DNA of 64,000 bases, taken from NCBI GenBank assembly GCA_030601705.1, contig JAUWBM010000001.1:3473-67472 (forward strand), read 5' to 3'. The notes beneath the pieces were generated by a model, which saw nothing but the letters and a program-made list of their open reading frames with translations, ran no database searches and was not told the origin of the DNA. Made by a program: the position numbers and the translations under genes. Positions 29,791 to 39,390 of the stretch are shown here, in pieces (position 1 is the stretch's first letter; each line of letters opens with the position of its first letter). The DNA is from Thermoplasmatota archaeon (GTDB lineage: Archaea; Thermoplasmatota; E2; DHVEG-1).

Positions 29791-31095
29791 ATGGAAAGGA
29801 AACAAAAAAATCCATGGACACCTCAGGATGAGGGAGATCACTATCCTGTCATGAAAGAATGGTGGTGTATCGAAACCCTCTTCAAAACATTAGATGACAA
29901 CAGGAAATGGAATTTTAAGGCCTCAATGGCCTACGAAATGGAGACTCCCTCTTGCTTTATTATCTATTTTCTTTTTGACATAACTTCCAACAAGTGTGTC
30001 GTTCATAATGCACTTAATGATGACATTGAAAAACTATCTCATCAAAAAAATAAGGTTGATTTGAAATATAAAAAATCTACGATATCTGGCCTATATCCAA
30101 ATTATAATATTCATTTCGAAAATTTAAAACAAGATTTTATAATCGACATGGAATACAACGCCAAGATATTACCCCATTGGAGTGCGCAAGATTCAACAAA
30201 CGGATATCTGCCCATAGGTATCGATCATTATAGGTACGGGTGGCTTCTAAATTGCAATCTCAAGGGAACTTTAAAATTAAAAAATGAATCGCATAAAATC
30301 GAAGGTAAAGGCTATCTCGAGCGAGCCTGGGGGAATTGGTCCTACTCAAATCCTTTTAAAAGACTCTCAGGGATTAAAAAAACCGTTTTAACATATGGTC
30401 ATCTTACCAGTTGGTGGTTATCACAACATAAGCCGCGTATACCAAACCGTATTGCCTTTACAACAGAAAATAATCCCTTTGGTTACGACTGGTTCTGGGG
30501 CATATTTGATAACGACTGGAGCGTTTTCTACGGAAATTCCCTATTCTGGTTAAGTGAAGGTCCAGCATTTGGTGTATTAACGCTATTTACCGACGGAAAT
30601 AATTACTTGGAGTTTGGCGATGTGAATTTTCATTATAACAAAACCAAATATATTAAAGAACACGATATGTACTATCCAAGCGACATGACCATCACAGCAA
30701 AACTAGATGATAAAGAGATTCGATTGCGAGCTTGGCCAGTATGCGATGGTTATGAGTTTATTACTCCGTTTAACGATGGTGGATTTTACAAGGTCTTTAT
30801 TATGTGTGAGATGCCCGGACGAATTGAAGGCATCTATTACGATGGCGAAAGATCTGTGAAAATAAAGGGAGATTGTAAGATGGTACCGCAAAGACAGCCA
30901 TCCAGATTAGGTCATAACTCGCTTGCAATTAAATTTACAAAACCTCCTAAAGGAGTTGGCATTTCGTTTGATTTAAATTCACATTACTTGAAGAAAAAAA
31001 TGTTCACCGAGATACAACTGGCTCCTCGCCCAAAGCTTACATTCGATTTAAAAAAAGTTGATGTTTCTAAAATAAACAAAAAAAAAATTTCTTGA
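29791..31095 (+). CDS. CrtC/AttH-like hydratase-family protein (second paralog)
   Basis: DEGDHYPVMKEWWCIETLF and YDWFWGIF mirror the H...EWWY / WDWFH motifs of the first paralog. Confidence 0.6.
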   Translation: MERKQKNPWTPQDEGDHYPVMKEWWCIETLFKTLDDNRKWNFKASMAYEMETPSCFIIYFLFDITSNKCVVHNALNDDIEKLSHQKNKVDLKYKKSTISGLYPNYNIHFENLKQDFIIDMEYNAKILPHWSAQDSTNGYLPIGIDHYRYGWLLNCNLKGTLKLKNESHKIEGKGYLERAWGNWSYSNPFKRLSGIKKTVLTYGHLTSWWLSQHKPRIPNRIAFTTENNPFGYDWFWGIFDNDWSVFYGNSLFWLSEGPAFGVLTLFTDGNNYLEFGDVNFHYNKTKYIKEHDMYYPSDMTITAKLDDKEIRLRAWPVCDGYEFITPFNDGGFYKVFIMCEMPGRIEGIYYDGERSVKIKGDCKMVPQRQPSRLGHNSLAIKFTKPPKGVGISFDLNSHYLKKKMFTEIQLAPRPKLTFDLKKVDVSKINKKKIS

Positions 31096-31099
31096 AAAA

Positions 31100-32467
31100 T
31101 TAGTCATAAAGATTCCTGTTATCAATTAATCTTTTAGCCTTTATTGAATTTCTGTCAAAAGTATTTGGTTCAACAAGTTTTATCTGGGGTTTTGCAATGG
31201 TTTTTGAGTGTGTTATGCCATCTTTAATCTCTGGCATTTTCATTATAGCATCCGCTATTTTTTCTCGTATGGATTCGTTTATCACTTGGCTTTCAGCAAT
31301 TACGGTAATAAAGTCCTTTCCATTTTTTTTATCAAATACTACCTGATATTCAATGATTTCAGGAATATTGAAAATTGCCTCATCAAACATGTTTGTAAAA
31401 AGATTGTCACCTGCTCCAATTGGAATAAGATCATCTGATCTTCCCTTAATTTCAATTCTTTTTAGAGGAAGGCCACAATCACATATACTCGGAATTATCC
31501 TTCCAAGATCATGCGAATTATATCGAATCAAAGGCATCCCCTCTCTATCATAGGTTGTAAAAAGTAATTCTCCAATCTCTCCATCCTCCAATTGTTCACC
31601 AGTTTCAGGATCAACCACTTCAGTAAGAAAATTAGTTTCGCTAAGATGCATGCCATGTTTCTTTTCACATTCACCTGCCATCAGTAATCCAATTTCAGTG
31701 GTGCCATATCCTATAAAAACATCGGCATCCCATTCTTTTTCAATGAATTTTCTCATTGAATTAGGCGTTGGCTCAGCCCCAATAAGAAACTTTTCAATTC
31801 CGAGCCCTTTCAAATCACAGAGTTTTTCCATTTCTTTTGTAAGATAATTGACACGTGAAGAAACATCTGAGAAAATATTTGGTTTATATTCATTTAGAAT
31901 CTCTAATTCTTCCTCAACTAATAATCTCCCTGTAGCAAGTGTTAAACATCCGATAATCTCATATGCTTTATCTAGACAATATCTATTTCCCCATATCTCT
32001 GTACCATATCCCACTTCAAAGGTAAGGCGGACAATGTCTTTGTGTGTAATTCCGTACATGAGTTGCAAACCTGTTGCAGTAGAGACTGCTATCCTTTTAA
32101 TGTCATTTTTCGTAAAGTATGCTTTTTTTGGTTTACCTGTTGTACCGGCCGTCGTAAAAACCTTAATGAACCTATCCTCAGGAACTGAGAAAAAAGATCT
32201 TGGGTCATTTTGTAAGTCTATAGTATCTGTATACGGAATCTTTGTCATATCTTTAATAGATTTTATATCGCTTGGTTTAAGACCATATTTTTTAAAAAGT
32301 CTATGATAGAAAGGAGAAGTATTATATGCATACCTTAAAGATTTTTTAAGTTTTGAAAAATTATATCTATCCAAAGTTATTCTAGTCAATTTACCAAAAT
32401 ACGATTTTTTTGCAGGCTCCTGGCCATTTGATTTTTCTCTCAATCTTGACTTAACAAATGGTGCCAA
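31100..32467 (-). CDS. phenylacetate-CoA ligase / coenzyme F390 synthetase-family adenylate-forming enzyme
   Basis: PaaK-like N-terminus (SPFYHRLFKKYGLKPSDIKSIKDMTKIPYTDTIDLQ...FTTAGTTGKPK) and ANL fold length. Confidence 0.75.
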   Translation of the reverse strand: MAPFVKSRLREKSNGQEPAKKSYFGKLTRITLDRYNFSKLKKSLRYAYNTSPFYHRLFKKYGLKPSDIKSIKDMTKIPYTDTIDLQNDPRSFFSVPEDRFIKVFTTAGTTGKPKKAYFTKNDIKRIAVSTATGLQLMYGITHKDIVRLTFEVGYGTEIWGNRYCLDKAYEIIGCLTLATGRLLVEEELEILNEYKPNIFSDVSSRVNYLTKEMEKLCDLKGLGIEKFLIGAEPTPNSMRKFIEKEWDADVFIGYGTTEIGLLMAGECEKKHGMHLSETNFLTEVVDPETGEQLEDGEIGELLFTTYDREGMPLIRYNSHDLGRIIPSICDCGLPLKRIEIKGRSDDLIPIGAGDNLFTNMFDEAIFNIPEIIEYQVVFDKKNGKDFITVIAESQVINESIREKIADAIMKMPEIKDGITHSKTIAKPQIKLVEPNTFDRNSIKAKRLIDNRNLYD

Positions 32468-32944
32468 TCTTTCTATTATGGTACAATTCCTCCAATTTGA
32501 TGTCTAATCTTGAGGATAATAGTATATTATTTATATATTTTGACCTCAAGATACATACAAAAAAGTGGAATTCCAATTTGAAATCATAGTATATAGGGAG
32601 GTTAACCCACTCGTTTTTGCTGTGTTTTGAAATATAGATTTGACATGTTAATACCCAACGTCAGTAGTTCGGCAAGTGAATGGGACAAATGAACACTCAG
32701 ACCTTACCAACACTCTCTGGTTCCTGTTTGAATCAAAAATCGGCAGTATAACATAGAAATTCTACATGTTTCGATTGAAAAATCTGTTTTTCAACCTGGC
32801 TTACGTCAACCAGATTGTCTGTTCTCGACCAGTGATTGAGTCGGAAATTATGCCTTTGGTTTCTACACTATGTTTTTTAATTTAAGTATAAAAGGTTTAA
32901 ATTCTATAATCGTTATTACAGAATTCCAATAGGGGTTATATCTG

Positions 32945-33940
32945 TTGAAGGCAAATTCAAATTCAAAATATACCATTAGAGACAAACTTTTTGCTCATTT
33001 AGAAACATGGAGACTTTATACTGTAATATGGTGTGGATTAGTTAGTTTAGCTGGATCATGCATTGCTTTTGGAGATTTTCCACCATTAAAAATTGCGTTT
33101 CTAGCTTTTTTTATACCAATGATGGGTTGGACGGCAGGATTATATTTAGCAGATTTTTTAGATAGAAAATTAGATGCTATACAAAAACCTCACAGACCCA
33201 TTCCCTCGGGTAGAATTAAACCATATGAAGCAATTGCAATAGGAGCAATATTTGCATTAACTGGTTTTATACTATCTACCCTATTAAGTCCAAATAATAT
33301 TTTACTTGTTTTTGTAGTAGCTCTATTGGTACTAGGATATGCAAAATTTTCTAAATCTCGCGGTATAGTGGGCAATTTAAATAGAGGATTTGTTACAGTT
33401 GCTACATATTTTTTTGGTGTTTTTTCTATAGGTCAATCTATTCAGGAAATACCAATATACATTTGGTTGCTTTCATTTGTATTTTTAATTCATGATACGA
33501 ACAGTAATTTAGTTGGAGCAATAAGAGATATGGAGGGAGATAAAAAAGGTGGATATATAACAATACCTGTAAAATATGGACTTAAAAAATCAATATTTAT
33601 TTCATTAATTCTAACTTTTACTTGGCTTTCCCTTGTTCTTTATCTACCGTATTATTTCAAATTTTTAAAGATTGAATTCTATCTACTAATGATAATCGAT
33701 GTTTTAATTCTATTCTCCCTTTATGTTTATTTATTCATGACAGTAAAAAATTATTCTAGAGAAAAGGCACTAAAATTCCATGAATTTTTCGTAATAGAGC
33801 GAGTAACTTTAGCATCTGCCTTAATTTTTGGAATTGCAAGTATAAACAAAGCAGGAATTATTTTTGTTATTGCACTTTTAGTTACATATCTCTCTCAATA
33901 TTTACTAAGAAAAAGATATGAGTTTAAGGAGAAAAAATGA
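32945..33940 (+). CDS. UbiA-family prenyltransferase (integral membrane)
   Basis: Multi-TM protein; Asp-rich motifs YLADFLDRKLD and NLVGAIRDMEGD; TTG start per the track. Confidence 0.8.
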   Translation: MKANSNSKYTIRDKLFAHLETWRLYTVIWCGLVSLAGSCIAFGDFPPLKIAFLAFFIPMMGWTAGLYLADFLDRKLDAIQKPHRPIPSGRIKPYEAIAIGAIFALTGFILSTLLSPNNILLVFVVALLVLGYAKFSKSRGIVGNLNRGFVTVATYFFGVFSIGQSIQEIPIYIWLLSFVFLIHDTNSNLVGAIRDMEGDKKGGYITIPVKYGLKKSIFISLILTFTWLSLVLYLPYYFKFLKIEFYLLMIIDVLILFSLYVYLFMTVKNYSREKALKFHEFFVIERVTLASALIFGIASINKAGIIFVIALLVTYLSQYLLRKRYEFKEKK

Positions 33941-34941
33941 AATATGCAGTTATTGGTCTTGGAGCTGTTGGAAGTATTGTTGGCGGTCTTCTTGCTAAAT
34001 CTGGTGAAAATGTAGTTTTAATCGGTAAAAAAAACCAGGTAGAGATAATAAAACAAAAAGGGATAAAGATAGATGGGATTGCTGGTTCGATACATGTAAA
34101 AAATGTTTCTGCATCTATTGATCTTTCATTACTTGAGGATGCGGATGTTATCCTTATATGCATAAAATCTCAAGATACAAAAAATCTTGCTTATGATTTA
34201 AAGAAACATATTAAGAAATCTGCATTAATTATTTCGTTTCAAAACGGTGTGAAAAACCAAAAGAGTTTAGAAGATATAACGGGAAATAAAGTTATTTCAA
34301 GCATCATTCTTTTCAATGCGTTATATTCAAAACCAGGTGAAGTTACCCTTGCAATTAAAGGCAAAATGTTAGTAGAAGCTGATAATTCATGTTGGGATAT
34401 CGAAAAAACTCTATTTAATTCACTTAGAAAAGAAGGATTAGATTCTGAAATTGTAGATGATATAGAAGGTTATCTTTGGAGTAAATTAATTGTCAATCTG
34501 CAAATTGCAGTGACAGCATTAACTGGTCAAACAATAAAAGAATCAACTGTTGATAAGGATTGCAGGGCAATATTAGTTGCAACAATGAAGGAAGGAATAG
34601 ATATTGTTGAACAATCAGGGATTACTCTAAAAACTTTACCAAGTATTGATCCTAGAAGTCTTATAAGAAGGATGAGTTTATTTAATTCTACTTTGCTAAA
34701 AATTGGTAGTAGACTAATGAAAATAAAAGAAAATGCTATAAACTCCATGTGGCAGAGTTTATCAAGAGGTAAACCAACTGAAATTGATTATATAAATGGA
34801 GAAATTGTAGATTTGGCTAAAAAAAATAAATTACAAGCACCAATAAACACAAAACTTGTAGAGCTGATAAAGGATGCAGAAAGAAAACACGCGACAAAAA
34901 GCTTTGAATCTTATGAACTAAAGGAACTCTTGGGAATTTAA
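33937..34941 (+). CDS. 2-dehydropantoate 2-reductase (ApbA/PanE family; 6PGD-like C-terminal domain)
   Basis: MKYAVIGLGAVGSIVGGLLAKSG Rossmann start and GKPTEIDYINGEIV C-terminal motif; start overlaps the UbiA stop. Confidence 0.8.
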   Translation: MKYAVIGLGAVGSIVGGLLAKSGENVVLIGKKNQVEIIKQKGIKIDGIAGSIHVKNVSASIDLSLLEDADVILICIKSQDTKNLAYDLKKHIKKSALIISFQNGVKNQKSLEDITGNKVISSIILFNALYSKPGEVTLAIKGKMLVEADNSCWDIEKTLFNSLRKEGLDSEIVDDIEGYLWSKLIVNLQIAVTALTGQTIKESTVDKDCRAILVATMKEGIDIVEQSGITLKTLPSIDPRSLIRRMSLFNSTLLKIGSRLMKIKENAINSMWQSLSRGKPTEIDYINGEIVDLAKKNKLQAPINTKLVELIKDAERKHATKSFESYELKELLGI

Positions 34942-34985
34942 CTCTGATACTTAATTAAAATTTGAAAAGGAGGATACCTAAAAGG

Positions 34986-35609
34986 ATGGTGAAATTTATT
35001 GGATTTTTATTGAATAAAATAGGTGTAAAATTTAATGCTCATAAATTAAAAATATTTATTGATAAAGGTTTCATTATAATTGAAAAAATTATTACCAAAC
35101 TTATCAAGTTAATTCCTTTTTATCTTGATTTTTACGAGGAAATACTTGAAAAAGAAATAATATTAGCAGATATTTCAAAAAATGATAAAATTGTTCATAT
35201 TGGATGTGGGTCCATTCCTGCTACATGCATCCTTATTACAAAAAAAACAAATGCAAGTATTATTGGAATTGAGAAAAATGAACATTCCGTAAAACACGCA
35301 AAACAATGTGTTTCTCAATTAAATCTTTCAGATAAAATTGAGATTAAACTTTCTGATGCTAGTGATTTTTCAATTAAAAATTTCGATCTCATTATTATAG
35401 CACAAGGCATAACTCCCTATAGAGAAATTTTAGAGAAAATCTCCAAGGACATTAAAAAAGATGCTCGTGTGGTTTTTAGAACAAGTTCGAAAATAAGTGG
35501 GGAGCTTTCCGAAAATGATTTGTTTTTAAAAGATATATTTAAAATAGATAAGATGGTGTATCATAAACAAAATAGTTTGTTAATTTCAATTTTGCTTCAA
35601 AAAAAATAA
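34986..35609 (+). CDS. nicotianamine-synthase-like (NAS/CntL-like) protein, short form
   Basis: DKIVHIGCGSIPATCILI resembles the NAS GSGPLPLT motif; FDLIIIAQ and DARVVFRTS resemble the NAS C-terminal block. ATG at 34986 follows a GGAGG-like motif. Confidence 0.5.
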   Translation: MVKFIGFLLNKIGVKFNAHKLKIFIDKGFIIIEKIITKLIKLIPFYLDFYEEILEKEIILADISKNDKIVHIGCGSIPATCILITKKTNASIIGIEKNEHSVKHAKQCVSQLNLSDKIEIKLSDASDFSIKNFDLIIIAQGITPYREILEKISKDIKKDARVVFRTSSKISGELSENDLFLKDIFKIDKMVYHKQNSLLISILLQKK

Positions 35610-35860
35610 TCTAATTTTTTTGGGAATATTGTCAATATTTATTTTTTATTAAAAATGTTTATATCTCTGGTGATTCCATTGTAGAAGGGGAAGGGAGATA
35701 AAGAAAAATGTTAAATGCATTACTCTCCATGGTGCTGTTTTTCCACTTTAATTTCAACTATGATATAATATGACATTTTCGGGTAAAGAGCATAAGTTCA
35801 TTTTTGTATTAAACATTAAGTATTATAAGATTGATATTTCCCCTCCGCTGAGGATGGTTT

Positions 35861-36427
35861 ATGATAAAAAAATTCCTTGACTACTTGTATTATTCATTTG
35901 AAATTTTTTCTAATTACATTCCATTCCTTGCAAAGTTATATATAAAATTTCATGCACCTTCGGTAAAAAAAGAAATCAAGATGTTGAATTTGTCATCATC
36001 TGATAGAATTCTGCATATAGGTTGTGGTGCGATACCCTATACGTCCATAGGAATATCAAGGGAAATTGATACAGAGATTGTAGGGATAGATTGCAATCCC
36101 CGTGTCGTAGATATTGCTATTGATTATCTAAAAAGATATAATCTTTCCAATATGGTTAAAATTGAGATAGGAGATGGAAAAACCTATAGTATCTCAGGTT
36201 TCGATGTTATCATACTCTCTTATGGAATCGATGGTCAGGATTTGGTTTTAAGGCACGCTATCGATTCGATGAAAAAGGGAGCAAGAATTATTTTAAGGAG
36301 ATTCACGACAGAGAGAGATAATTATATTGATTCAATTGTGAAAGAGTTCTCAGTTTGTAGTATTAAATTGCTGTTGACACAGGAATCAATTTTAATTGTT
36401 AAAAAAACCCAAACAGATATACAATGA
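35861..36427 (+). CDS. nicotianamine-synthase-like protein, second paralog
   Basis: RILHIGCGAIPYTSIGIS, FDVIILSYGIDGQD, GARIILRRFT; paralogous to 34986..35609. Confidence 0.5.
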   Translation: MIKKFLDYLYYSFEIFSNYIPFLAKLYIKFHAPSVKKEIKMLNLSSSDRILHIGCGAIPYTSIGISREIDTEIVGIDCNPRVVDIAIDYLKRYNLSNMVKIEIGDGKTYSISGFDVIILSYGIDGQDLVLRHAIDSMKKGARIILRRFTTERDNYIDSIVKEFSVCSIKLLLTQESILIVKKTQTDIQ

Positions 36428-36922
36428 CGCTTGAATGCTTACCGTAATTTCATCAAGACTGTCTCTTTATCATCTTTTATAATTGTGTCTTTTCTTCATA
36501 TTGTAGAGAAATACCAAGATTTGTATTAACGTGCTCATCACATCACTATCTATAGGATCAACAAATGTTGTGTCTATATATAGACAGACATATTCCCTTT
36601 CTCAGTTGTCTGTTAAGAGTGGTCGCCAATATTATAGTACCGACGACTGGTCAATGGCTTTTAGAGATTGGTCAAGATGTGCTGAAGGTTCCAAACATTA
36701 TAAAAAGAAGTTTTACCAACACCAACTATAACCCCTACAGAATTTTTGTCAAATTTATATGAAACACCGCAGCCAGGAAATTCTATCTGACTGAAAAATT
36801 AACTATTTGGTAAATCTTTGCTAGTTGGTCATTGATCGATATTAGAATTGAAAAAACAGCTTAGGTACTAGATATACTGATGGCAAAGATTTTAATAGGA
36901 TATTTCCATATTTTTGCCGACT

Positions 36923-37843
36923 ATGAAAAAAAATGTACTCTCGATACTGGGCATCAAAGATGAAATAGAAGAAATCATTGATTTCGGCTTTCAGTTAAAA
37001 AATGATGTGAAAAACGGAAAGAAACTGGATTATCTCCAGGGTAAAACACTGGCGTTGATATTTGAACGGGCATCTACACGAACCAGAGCTTCTTTTGAAG
37101 TAGGTATGACCCTATTAGGTGGCCATGCAGTATTTCTAAATAAAGACGACATCAAAATAGGTGAGAGAGAATCCGCTGAAGACATTGCTTTGGTTTTATC
37201 GAGATACGTAGATATCATAATGTATAGAGCGTTAAAAAAAGAAGATTTACATGAACTTGCAAAACATGCTACTGTACCTGTAATAAATGGGCTGGATATG
37301 GATGAGCATCCCTGCCAGATACTAGCTGATCTAATGACTATTAAAGAGCACAAAGGAAGATTACATGGGCTGAATTTTGTTTTCATTGGAGATGGAGATG
37401 ACAATCTAACCCATTCCTACCTTCTAGGATGTACACTTGTCGGAATGAATATTACAGTTATCTCCCATAAAAAACACTGGCCATCGGAATACTTCGTTGA
37501 CCAGGCAAATATGATTGCTGAAAAGAAAAACCTACGAGTAACTATAACAGATGATATTGATGCAATAAAAGATGCTGACATAATAACTACGGATACATGG
37601 GTATCACTCTGGTATGAAAAAGAAAGACAACAAATAATGGCTGATTTAAAAGATTATACAATAACGCAAGATATTATGAATAAAGCTAAGAAAGATGCTA
37701 TTTTCATGCATTGTATGCCCATTTATTATGGAGAAGAAGTAGTAAAAGAAGTTGCCCATGGAAAACAATCTGCGATTATCGGTGAGGCTGAAAATCGTAT
37801 GTGGGTACAAATGGCATTAATGGTTAAATTATTGAGCCAATAA
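36923..37843 (+). CDS. ornithine-carbamoyltransferase-family transcarbamylase with non-canonical second-substrate motifs
   Basis: STRTRASFE carbamoyl-phosphate motif and HPCQILADLMTI are conserved, but DTWVSLW replaces the OTC DxxxSMG and HCMP replaces HCLP. Confidence 0.8.
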   Translation: MKKNVLSILGIKDEIEEIIDFGFQLKNDVKNGKKLDYLQGKTLALIFERASTRTRASFEVGMTLLGGHAVFLNKDDIKIGERESAEDIALVLSRYVDIIMYRALKKEDLHELAKHATVPVINGLDMDEHPCQILADLMTIKEHKGRLHGLNFVFIGDGDDNLTHSYLLGCTLVGMNITVISHKKHWPSEYFVDQANMIAEKKNLRVTITDDIDAIKDADIITTDTWVSLWYEKERQQIMADLKDYTITQDIMNKAKKDAIFMHCMPIYYGEEVVKEVAHGKQSAIIGEAENRMWVQMALMVKLLSQ

Positions 37844-38004
37844 AGATATTTCTCTTCATGGTTTTTGTGGATCCTTTAGTGCGAAATAAGTTAAAACATA
37901 GTTTACAGAAGATTTTGTTATGTATCTCCTTAAATCTTCTGTTCTCTAAAATCATAATGAATGGGGCCAAGAATAATATTTTTACGGGAATACATTTCAA
38001 AAAC

Positions 38005-39027
38005 TCATACTATGTTAAAATGATAGTTAATGATCTGTAATAATACGTCTAGGAATACTAAAGTATATACCATAAGAAGATAGTTGTAGCCTTTTCTCCC
38101 AACAATTTTTCCCAACTCTCCCATGCCTTCTTTCTTTAATTTTAAGAGTTTACAATACCAAGACAGTGAGTATATCCACACTATTAGAAATAGTACCAAG
38201 AATATGGGAGAAAGCAGTGTTCTCATGTAAAGTAATACACCCAATATACCTGAAAGTACAAACATGAAGAAAGAGATTTTTGCTGCAGTTTTTTCTCCAA
38301 AAGATGTTGCATATGTTTTTACTCCCAGTTTACGATCTCCTTCTATATCGTGTATTCCTTCGGGTAAATCATGGGCATTATCTGCAAAGTATGTAAAAAG
38401 AACGAGAAGGACCATCATTTGAAAATCATAAGTATTAAATGAAATTTTATCTCCAAATATCGGAAATGTTAATGATATATTGCCAGTTTGTCCCATAGTC
38501 CAAATTGCAAAGAATCCAAAGATTGCTACTACAACCCATTGTATAGGAGTAAAAATTTCAGAGTATGCAGGTATCTTTATAATTTTTTTCAAGTATTTAT
38601 TATGAAACGCCACAAATAAGGCTACTGCTTCAACTAATATAAGACACCATATGCTAACGAGAAACGCAAATATAAACGTCATAGCCGAGAATATCAGTGC
38701 TATCACAAAGAATTTTTTTGAACTTATTCTGCCTTTAGGTAGCGGCCGATCTGGGTGAACAACAGCGTCGATATCAATATCTGTTATATCATTCCATATA
38801 AGTGCTGCAAAAAAACCTGAGTAGAGAGTTAATATCGTTAAAATAATTGTTTTTATAATCTCCCAGTCATACGCCTGTAATCCATATGCCAACATTGGTA
38901 CACTAGCAAACATGAGTACATGGCTTATCAATTCATAAATCGGAAAAGGACGCCAAGAAAAAAGGAAACTAAATGGTCCTTTGGGAGAGTTAGCTTTCAT
39001 CTTTCCCTCTAAGTGATTCTTCTTCAT
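38005..39027 (-). CDS. UbiA-family prenyltransferase (second copy; start uncertain, possibly an internal Met)
   Basis: ALIWNDITDIDIDAVVHPDRPLPKGRIS (UbiA motif I) plus a second Asp-rich motif; ~8 TM segments. Confidence 0.8.
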   Translation of the reverse strand: MKKNHLEGKMKANSPKGPFSFLFSWRPFPIYELISHVLMFASVPMLAYGLQAYDWEIIKTIILTILTLYSGFFAALIWNDITDIDIDAVVHPDRPLPKGRISSKKFFVIALIFSAMTFIFAFLVSIWCLILVEAVALFVAFHNKYLKKIIKIPAYSEIFTPIQWVVVAIFGFFAIWTMGQTGNISLTFPIFGDKISFNTYDFQMMVLLVLFTYFADNAHDLPEGIHDIEGDRKLGVKTYATSFGEKTAAKISFFMFVLSGILGVLLYMRTLLSPIFLVLFLIVWIYSLSWYCKLLKLKKEGMGELGKIVGRKGYNYLLMVYTLVFLDVLLQIINYHFNIV

Positions 39028-39307
39028 GTGTATTTGGTTCCATAGAAACTGGAAGAGAATATATCCTTTTCATAATCACAAGGATGAAACAGCAACAAAT
39101 TCCAAAACCATTTGCAACAATTATGGGGAACTTTTCTACAACAATGCCGTAGAGTAACCACAACATCATACCAACTACCAATGTCAACGGCATATAATAC
39201 GATACGTCATCAAGTTTCTTGGTTCTATAACCTCGGATCAATTGAGGTATAAAACCTAAAGAGGTTATGGCCCCTGCCATCAAACCTAACAGATCGATCG
39301 CATCCAT
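38990..39307 (-). CDS. SemiSWEET/PQ-loop family small membrane transporter
   Basis: LMAGAITSLGFIPQLIRGYRTKKLDDVS...WLLYGIVVEKFPIIVANGFG closely follows the bacterial SemiSWEET pattern (PQ motif, 3 TM). Confidence 0.65.
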   Translation of the reverse strand: MDAIDLLGLMAGAITSLGFIPQLIRGYRTKKLDDVSYYMPLTLVVGMMLWLLYGIVVEKFPIIVANGFGICCCFILVIMKRIYSLPVSMEPNTHEEESLRGKDES

Positions 39308-39369
39308 GAATGAAAACTCATCCAAAATACAATATTAAATCTTTCTGATTTCTACAAATAAGTTTTTCA

Positions 39370-39379
39370 ATAAAAATTA
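39370..39379 (+). promoter_or_regulatory. candidate archaeal TATA box (aataaaaatt) ~25 nt upstream of tRNA-Pro
   Basis: A/T octamer at the expected -26 spacing from the tRNA 5' end. Confidence 0.3.
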
Positions 39380-39390
39380 GATGTATAGGT

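Noticed and set aside
33937-34941. Calling the ApbA/PanE-family gene an opine dehydrogenase outright
   Set aside because: The N- and C-terminal motifs fit ketopantoate reductase well, and archaea need KPR for CoA synthesis. The opine-dehydrogenase idea is kept only as a contextual hypothesis in the findings.
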